Positions 55,867 through 64,000 of a stretch of DNA of 64,000 nucleotides are shown here, piece by piece. The notes below the pieces were generated by a model. That model was not told where the DNA came from. It ran no database searches and saw nothing but the letters and a program-made list of their open reading frames with translations. The stretch is taken from positions 17,608,001-17,672,000 of the forward strand of contig CM074512.1 of the NCBI GenBank assembly GCA_037379345.1, written 5' to 3'. The position numbers and the translations under genes are program-made. Position 1 is the stretch's first letter. Each line of letters begins with the position of its first letter. This DNA comes from Perna viridis (lineage: Eukaryota).

Positions 55867-56232
55867 AATCCAAATCTTAGATACATAAAACAAAGTTCTC
55901 TTTGGTGAACAAAAGATCCCTAATATTGTCTGACACTTTTGTTTACATCAAAATCAATCAATCAATCCCAAATCCTTTAATCCATTTATAATCTCTTTGA
56001 TCAATATCTCTATTTGTTCTCTTTTATTGAAAGGTAAATACTCATTTTATCATGATTATTCTTCGTATTATGATCTAACAGATCATGACTTAAACTTACT
56101 CTACCAATATATAAACTGACCTTTGAAATTTTGTATCTATATTTCACTTTTAATAAAAACCTGAACCTTTAAAGAACTCTTGCTAGTATAAAACAGTTAA
56201 GAGTTTTCATTCATTTTCAAAAAGATTTTTAT

Positions 56233-56406
56233 TACTGTAAGCGTATTTTCACGGATTCTGTCAAGTGAACACATTTGCAGTTATCAATTTTCAGGCTTCC
56301 AAAAAAATTATTAGTGTTGTATAGTGTTAAAAATCAATTTCGTGCTACTATTTTTCACGGTTTTCTGTTCATCGCGAAAATAGTAAAAATTAGTATGTTT
56401 ACAGTA
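56233..56406. mobile_element. Short TA-flanked MITE
   Basis: TACTGTAA...TTACAGTA ends; ATTTTCACGG/CGCGAAAAT subrepeats like those of 39752-40093. Confidence 0.6.
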
Positions 56407-57549
56407 TTACTAGTAAATTAATATATATAATTAACAAGTGCTTTTATTTCACCTGAAATCTACAGAAGAATGATATCTCTCACCACTATTACAATGGCAA
56501 TCCTTTGTATTAATTACTTTTGGTAATAGGCCAAACTGTGTCCAAAATAAAAAAAAAATCCTCATTTTTTTTCACACAAAAAAAACCTGGGAAACCCTGG
56601 CCTACCACTCACAAATGAAATAAACCTAATTTGACTTCAATGCCCTTCACAGGGTAGAAGAGTTGAGATAACTGCACTTTGGATCATGCCTAAACCCTGG
56701 TGACCCCCACATACAGCAAAAAACTACAAAAAATTTATCCTTTTTTGGCTGACTGACTCATTATTCTGCTTCAGCCCACCCACTCTCCAACCACCTCCTC
56801 ATCTATCCAGCTCTGTGACCATCTATCTTTAATTTAAATACTGGTATACATATTACAATCAGCATCAGTACCATGATGCAACTAATTTGCATAAGTTTGT
56901 ACATCATAAAAATCAAGACATTTTTTTCGAAGAATGGAGCATGGCAAGGGTTGATGTAATCCTTTAAGATTAAGTCTTTAAAAGTATATTTAATCTATTT
57001 AATAAGGATATAGCCTTTGCACAACCTCATCTTAGTTTTGTCCAGGATGTTTTGTTTTTGATCAGTTGGTACAAATTGTATAAGAATCTTCAATTTCTTA
57101 GCTGGTAAATCAAAATTGACAAATTTCCAGTCAGGGACCTCCAATGATAATATTTTATATATCTCAAACTTGTAAACACCACTAACAATGGAATTAACCT
57201 TCTTCACCACACTAATCATACATACCGATTTATATGTACCAGTAATCATTCTAATTTCAGTTACATAAAATTCATTTAAAATTTTTGCATAAATGGCAGA
57301 GTACTTACAAAAAATGAACTGCAGCTCAATTAAATGTAATGAAAAACTTAGTCACAGATTAAAGATATTTATAAAATACAGACTATGCATGTTAAACAAT
57401 TGTATACACCAACAGACAATGATGGCTGAAAGGAAGTCATGCAATACATATGCAGTGATATTATATGCTATAAAAATAAGGCACTTTCCCCTAATTAATG
57501 TTTCCCAAGAAATTAGTTGAAATTTATCCGAAGAGGTTAAGTTATTCTC

Positions 57550-57820
57550 TAGTGTGCCTGTCCCAAGTCAGGAATTTCTGGCCTCTGTATGTCTTGTATT
57601 ATTTTTACCTTTAGTTTATTTTTTATGATACTTGAGTACATAGGGGCAATTCTTTGCTATACCTGTGTATAATGATGTTCTGGGACAAGCTGCAGCCTGT
57701 CGTGTGGTATGAGGATTTTCTCATCGTTCATTAAGGCCAACCGGTGGTCTCCGGCTGATATTTCATCCTGCCCATGATGTTGTCTCTTTGACATATACAC
57801 CATACCTATTCTCATTATAT
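57550..57820. repeat. Interspersed repeat fragment of a type I associate with mussel genomes
   Basis: GTGCCTGTCCCAAGTCAGGAA...TTGTCTCTTTGACATAT..CCAT..CTATTCTCA; related GCCTGTAGTAAGTCAGGAATT at ~44480; family assignment is from memory only. Confidence 0.45.
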
Positions 57821-57991
57821 AAATGTAGTCAAAGTGCTTGATAAGGTGTTTCTGTTCAAAATTACATTGTTTAACTGTTTATGACTTGTTCTTTTTTCTT
57901 AATGTTATTCTTCATTATATTTTTAAAGTTTTGTATGTATTATAGGTTCAACAGGTTGGGAATAAGTCTTGAAATTAGGGTTAGCTACCCA

Positions 57992-58306
57992 TTTAGGACA
58001 CTACCCTTTGTATGGTGGGTTTTTTGCCCATTATAAAATTAGAAAGTTTGGAAAATATTCTTTCTTGACAGATGGAATAACTAATGTATTTGAAGGATAT
58101 TTTCTGAAGAAGGTACACTTTTAATTTTAATATCTAAAAAGTTGCAGGCCTTGAAATATTGCATTTAACTTGGTTCTGCAACTTTTGAAATAATAAAAAT
58201 TAAAGTAGTTACTCCAAATTGCACAAATATTCCTACTTTTAAAATGACATATTAAAAAAAATATGGGTTAAAAAAAAAACCACTACATATTGGGTAGTAC
58301 CCCAAA
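57992..58306. mobile_element. TIR element (MITE)
   Basis: TTTAGGACACTACCCTTTGTATGGTGGGTTTTTT versus reverse complement of right end TTTGGGGTACTACCCAATATGTAGTGGTTTTTT. Confidence 0.55.
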
Positions 58307-59689
58307 TGGTAGAAATAACTAACTTCTGGGTCTGTTCCCAACAAGATCAAGGCTTTGTGAGTGTACTGACTTTATTGTTCCAATTACCTAATATACAAAA
58401 AGAAACCAAAAATGACACACTTGTCATTTTTGTAAAAAAAAAAGGATGAAGTAGTTTTGAAACAGGCTAACAATATCACTGATGTGCAATAAAAAGTTAA
58501 TTATCAGCAAGCTAGTTTTTCTTGGACTATTTTTAAATGACTGTTTCTGTATCACTGTATTGCAGAATGGTACAAGAATGATGTGGATATGAATTTAAAT
58601 TGTTCAAAAGCCATTCGGAACTACTATGCCCATTTATGGTAATGGGAAAATATAATGAAATAAATTGTTAAAATGCTCTGATTATCTGTTCAAAAAATTG
58701 TTTAAAGGAGTATTTTTTATTAATAAGAAAATAGTTGCAACAAATTTTGAATTAGCTTTCTGGGTTCTAAATGTACACAAGTTAAAAAATCTCCCCAAGG
58801 CCATATAGCATCACATTGCCATAATACTATGTTTTTCACCAGGATGCTATCAAAATGTGATGCTATAATTTTTAGATGCAAGATGCTAAAGGAGAGTTCA
58901 CCAATCTCATTAGTGATGTCATATTCACTAATTTCCACATCATTAAGTGTCAAACTAAATAAACAATTAACAATTTCATGATTAGAATCCCAATTTTCCA
59001 AACTTAATAGCTTTGTTATTTTACATCCAATTTTGTGAAATGTTTCATTTACATAAAAGAATTCATATTTTATAAGTGAATTTATAAATGTTTTACTAGA
59101 AGAATAAATTTGAAACGATATTTATATGTAAACCTCTATTTTCATACAAAATTGTTTTTAAAATTTTATGCTCATATACTCTAATTACTGAATATTTATT
59201 TAAAAATTCCACGGAAAAAGAGTTTTATTGGCAGTTTAGGGAACCAAAAGAATTTTTCAATTATCTTAAAAAACCACCAAGTTATGATGATTTAAAGTTG
59301 ATGCCCCATGCCACTCAATGGATTTTTTGCCAACCAAAACCAAATCACAGGTAAGTGATGACATCAAGAACTCTCATACATTGAAATTCAGGTGTTACCA
59401 GGATGCTACCTGTAAATCTTATGGAGAAAACTGAAGTTAAAAAAGGCATCATCTCCTATATCCTAGTCCCCAGATGTTTGATAAAAAAATTAAAGCAGAA
59501 CAATTGCATTTTTAGTAAGTTAGTCTCTAGACTCTACTAGTCAGAGTTGATCTAGCCATTTTCAAGACAGTAGCAATTCTCTCCAATCTGATCACAAAAA
59601 AAATATTTCTGAATTAAAATTGTTGCATGATGCATGTAGTTCATTTTTAAAGAGAAAAAAATCAGCTATCTGTTAGTTTTTCTAAAATT

Positions 59690-60450
59690 TTCGGCATACA
59701 CTGATTTCACAGAAGAGGACGAAAAAATCAGTTGGTGAGAATTACTTGCTGGTGACAAACTACTCCTTAACCATTTGCATTACATTTATAATTTTGACTA
59801 TCGGGTACGTGTGCTTGATGAATACTATACACTGACGACTGTTTTATCTTTTTTTTCAAATCGTGCAAATTTCAATAAATACAGATACACCACGGGCACT
59901 TGTTTCATATCAGAAATATTATCCACTTCCCTTCCATTTAGATAAGAAATAAGTGCCTGTTGAATAATTCACGTATCGGTACTTTCAAACATGTCTGAAC
60001 AAGCCATTTTGCAGTAAAATAGAATTGACCAGTCTTTAATCAGACTTTGTTGGTATCGGAACTTAGATCTCATTAATTTACTTGCTATTTCGTAAGCTGA
60101 CACCCCGTCTTAAATGTGCTTAGCCCATATATCATCTCAACTACTTACTCTTTTCTCATGTCACTTGTTTTGAGAGCGCTTTAAACAATATATCACCAGA
60201 GCGTTTAATACAATGAATAATGTAGGTAAAGCGTGTCATAGACGTAGAGCAAATGAAAACAAAAAACAAAAAACAACGGGTATGGAACCGAACTAGTTTT
60301 CAAGTAGGTCTTTTTCTCCAGGGACATGGCAAACCTAAGCAATCGGTGGATGGACATCGCTGTACAAAATTTTGAAAAAAATCACAATACTCAAACAAAT
60401 TTTTATACCAGTATTGTGCACAATACCGGTATACCAGTATTGCGATTGTC
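59690..60450 (-). promoter_or_regulatory. Putative main promoter and non-coding first exon of the nesprin gene
   Basis: About 20 CpG in ~760 bp against a strongly CpG-depleted gene body; candidate donor CAA|GTAATT at 59746/59745; lies between the ADCY10-like 3' end and exon 1a. Confidence 0.5.
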
Positions 60451-60740
60451 AAGTACAGGAGATCCTTTAGTTCAACAAGCTCAGAAACCACTCTTATGTA
60501 ATTTCTACTTCATTCAAATACTAATGACAATAAATTAAGCTCTAAAAAATTAAGGTACAATGTAACTTGTTCTGTTTTTATGTTGTAAAGTCATCTTTTG
60601 GGGCTTTATATAAAAAAGCTATTAGTTTTTAGTGTTGTTACTTTTAAAAAAAGTTTCATGTATTGATTTTAACCCTATGAAATATAAATGCAGATTTATA
60701 GCTAATCTCAATATCCAGGACAGAAAATTTAATGTATAAC

Positions 60741-60767
60741 AAAAAAAAAAAAAAAAAAAAAAAAAAA
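60741..60767 (+). repeat. Poly(A) run (27 nt)
   Basis: Directly visible; a similar 25-nt run lies at 1641-1665. Confidence 0.9.
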
Positions 60768-61162
60768 GAAATAGTTTGGTGTTTAATTTTATTCCATAGC
60801 TGTACAGTGTTTAAAGACTGTTAGGAGTAATAAAAAATAACAAGCATTCTTAGAGTATTGCATGGAAATACAAAGTCCTCCACTGGAAGAAAAATCTGTT
60901 GAAGAGAAAAGAATGCAAACTTCATGAATAATTGTTAACAAGAGAAGTGCATATAGGTGAGTTTGCATTAATATTTAAAGTCCAAGGCTATAACTTTTGT
61001 ATGACCTATACTTTTTAAGCGTCCAATACAAATTTCATAACGCTTGATTGGATGGTAAATAACTGAGGTAACGTCCAATATGAAAAATTCTGATTGTAAA
61101 ATACATTAAGGTTTGGGATGGTTAGGTGACCTAAATTAAGTTTTTCATTGGTTAATAAATAT

Positions 61163-61484
61163 GAGGGGCCTGATGGGTTATTTTCGTTCTTCATGATCGG
61201 CACATTTTCGCAATCATGATCCATTCAGTCAGAATGTGACTGTTTTTAAAGGGTTAATTTAGAACCTGGGAGAATTCAACATGTAAACAAGTAATGAGCC
61301 AGTAATGTATTTGATTGTAGCTTAATTGAATCAAACTACAACACAAACAACCGGATTCTGAATCTCTATTATCAAGACTGATTGGGGATACTCTTTTTAT
61401 ATTTTCATAATTTATTTTCTGCGAATCATGATTGACAAAAAAATCAACTCCTGAATCGTGATGAAACCGCCCATCAGGCCCTCC
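61163..61484. mobile_element. MITE with GAGGGGCCTGATGGG TIRs
   Basis: GAGGGGCCTGATGGG / CCCATCAGGCCCTCC ends; AAATAT on both flanks; ATC(A/G)TGAT subrepeats. Confidence 0.7.
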
Positions 61485-61599
61485 AAATATAGCTGTATAA
61501 TAAAATAAAAAAGACTTATAAAGAGTTCATTTATACATTAATATAATACAGTGAATTGACAACAACAGTGAAATAGACAACAAAAACAAATATGAACAA

Positions 61600-62003
61600 T
61601 TAAGTAGCTGTCTTTGTAAGAATCATGCAAAACCTGAAAAATGTGATACACCCCAAAAAAGGCTACATACTTTTATTTTTGTAATTAGGTTGTTTTATGG
61701 GTGTATACTATGAAATATGTAATTATTCATTCAAATCTGCCTACATTTAAGAGATAATCGACATTGAAAATCCAGTATATTCTATTGTATTTGAGTGCCA
61801 TTTACAGAGTTATCTCCCTTAATTTTGAAATCTACAGTGCATTCTATATAATTTTTATCTCCTAAGAGCACGGGTTATATGAAAAACCACATGTTAATTT
61901 CTGTTTACTATGACATTTCAAACAAAATATGAAAAATAAAAATATGTAGGCTTTTCACCAATGAATCACATTTTGCATGATCCTTAGCTGGACCCCTACT
62001 TAA
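61600..62003 (-). mobile_element. TTAA-flanked non-autonomous DNA transposon, copy 2 (inverted relative to copy 1)
   Basis: Colinear reverse complement of 18821-19226 with scattered substitutions. Confidence 0.85.
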
Positions 62004-62663
62004 CACTTTTATATATCATTCAAGAAGTGTTTGAAGTATCTTTAAATATAAATGAATATCGGATTGAAAAATTCATCAGACACAATACAGTTTAATTCAT
62101 GTTAAACAATTGTAACCTGATCGTCATTTCTTGTGAGAAAACAACTTACGAACTTGTTTTGCAACTTTCTAAAAGTAAAGTTACATGTATCTGAAACACT
62201 ACACTGTGCATTCTCAAAAGTATAAAAACATTATATTGTAAAGTCATAGTGTCCATGTAATTTTTAAATTTATGCATAAAATGATTAAATCATTAAAACC
62301 TGAACATCTTACACTCTTGATTTAAACTTTTATTTACTCTTTCTAAATCTTAAAGTATATGAAAGAGTTGGTGGCCTTGGATGTAACAGAAACATAGTAA
62401 TTGTTTCTGGTCACCACTGGCAAGAAAAATCCTGATTTTGTTTTCATTTGAAAAAAAAGGTTTCAGTAAACTATTCACAACACAATTAAGAACAAACAAA
62501 ATAATTTATTTCCTTCTTACTGATAATCATTATCAGTACCCATGATATCCACACAAAACAATTGAACACCATTATTTTACATTATCTGGGTATAAATAGT
62601 CCACCGAACAAAGAACATCCAGTAACATCAAAGTATGTAGAAATAGCAGGTACTCATTCTATA

Positions 62664-62963
62664 TTATCTTGCAACCAGAGGCCAGGTGTAAACATTCTCT
62701 GCAGTTGAGAATGATTCAATCCATTCAGGGTGAAAGCGGTTTCCCTTACCCAAGTTTCTTCTGAACCAATTCAGTTTGTGATTTCTAATCCAGTTTAATT
62801 CAAGTTTGTTACCCTGCTTTTTGGCAGTATTTATTGCCTTGAGCAAACACCACCTTGAAAAACAGTACTTGTGCTGAAGAATCAAAAGATATGCTTCTAA
62901 ATGGAAATATCTTGGCTGTAGAGAAGCAACCTTCTTCACTGCAAAAGACAGTCTTTTGATATC
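62664..62963 (-). CDS. ADCY10: Terminal coding exon of soluble adenylyl cyclase type 10-like gene (DIKRLSF...PRYFHLEAYLLIL...GNKLELNW...PLVAR*)
   Basis: attttgtag acceptor, 99 codons plus TAA; PRxxHLxAY...A...GNxLExxW...KxxW pattern resembles the ADCY10 C-terminus as I recall it (no search run); AATAAA on the minus strand at 62505-62510 and 62329-62334. Confidence 0.75.
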   Translation of the reverse strand, partial: DIKRLSFAVKKVASLQPRYFHLEAYLLILQHKYCFSRWCLLKAINTAKKQGNKLELNWIRNHKLNWFRRNLGKGNRFHPEWIESFSTAENVYTWPLVAR

Positions 62964-63341
62964 CTACAAAATAAGTCCACAGGATTTTTTTTTATAAAAA
63001 AATATAAAAAAAAAAGACAAATTGTTCTTGTTCGTAGGAAACTAACTGATACTATATTTTTTATTACATATCTTTTTATTTAAAACATCACATTCTCAAA
63101 AAGACTCTAAAATGCTATAATAGACTTTTAAAAATCACTGGCGTTCAATCTTCCGTCATTGGTAACTTCTAAATCATGACTTCATGCTAAATGACATATC
63201 ACTTCTCTTCTTTTTTTTCAAATGCCCAAGCCATTTGTATTTAACTCATTTCTATTAGCTGGTAACTTTGATTTCTGTACAAAAACTAATCTTATGAAGA
63301 AATTGTTAAAGTCAATTTGAACAGTTTACACAAAAACATAC

Positions 63342-63528
63342 TTTAACACAAGCATCCTGCAGCTCCTTCCACAATGCCTTAGGCTTGGTGACTTTGCTTA
63401 TACTAAGAGAGACAAGCATAATTTCTATCTTTCTACAGAGTATGTAAACTGACAGGAAATTTATTTCATCCAATTCAAACATCTCCCAGTAGTCAAACCA
63501 AATTTGTGCTTTGACCCATTGATCATGT
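63342..63528 (-). CDS. ADCY10: Penultimate exon of ADCY10-like gene (HDQWVKAQIWFDYW...LQDACVK)
   Basis: 187 nt open frame, ctgcag acceptor, GTATGT donor, phase 0 end matches the terminal exon; missing from ORF track. Confidence 0.7.
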
Positions 63529-64000
63529 CTGCAGAACCTTTAAAAGTATGGTACATTTTTATTAAAAGGAAATATGGACAGTGAAAATAGAAAAGCATAA
63601 CAAGATCTGAATAAATTACAAAGTTAATTTATAAAAAAAGATTTATTTATTTCTTCAGCTGGTCCATTTACCATTATATGGAACCATGGATCCGGAACCA
63701 GTCAAAAATGCTGGTCATTGACCGCCAAATTTTGCAAATGACCGACGACAATTTTCCAATATTGGACATAAAAAAATTGTCAACCCTTATAAATTACAGT
63801 CTGCATGGTTTTATTAGTGTACAAACATCCTGTCTACCAGTCTCCTAATTGTTTATTGGAAATTAATTGACAGATGTGTGTCAATTTTAGCCGATGTGCA
63901 GCCACCTGTGACTGTGATTTACCTGTAACTGATTAGTTGATTGCACAATTGAATTAACAGTACACGTGCAGCCCGTTGCCAATACGAATTCATCAAAGTA

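Noticed and set aside
26703-61224. Numerous 60-133 aa intronic ORFs (e.g. 39900-40220, 47988-48212, 52056-52457, 56995-57249, 58720-59001)
   Set aside because: Low-complexity F/I/L/K-rich translations typical of AT-rich DNA; several lie within MITEs; no phase-compatible splice sites or recognisable domains
43493-63528. Apparent cAMP theme (CRE pair, PKA site in exon 1a, neighbouring adenylyl cyclase) as one coordinated system
   Set aside because: The CREs belong to a mobile element and RRxS motifs are common; co-occurrence alone is not evidence of a functional module
63655-64000. CpG-richer segment at the right edge
   Set aside because: Probably a repeat inside an ADCY10-like intron, but truncated by the window, so the ends and family cannot be established

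Overview
AT-rich, intron-containing animal DNA; the repeat families look like those of a bivalve mollusc, possibly Mytilus (inference). About 60 kb is the 5' part of a minus-strand giant nesprin gene (SYNE1/Msp300/ANC-1-like). I traced 38 frame-consistent GT-AG coding exons from 52696 down to 209 (8619 nt, 2873 codons): tandem CH domains followed by many spectrin repeats, with the gene running off the left edge so the KASH end is not visible. The ~20 kb intron upstream of the first CH1 exon holds one strong and one weaker extra ATG-starting, phase-1 exon (34557-34626 and 42005-42077), suggesting swappable N-termini. A CpG-retaining putative promoter lies at ~59.7-60.45 kb. The last two exons of a soluble adenylyl cyclase (ADCY10-like) gene sit in tandem at 62664-63528 (-). 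Introns carry several MITE-type DNA transposons and a satellite-bearing repeat. No RNA genes, CRISPR arrays or autonomous transposons were found. Most other ORFs in the supplied track are spurious or are exon read-through. All coordinates were derived by hand.
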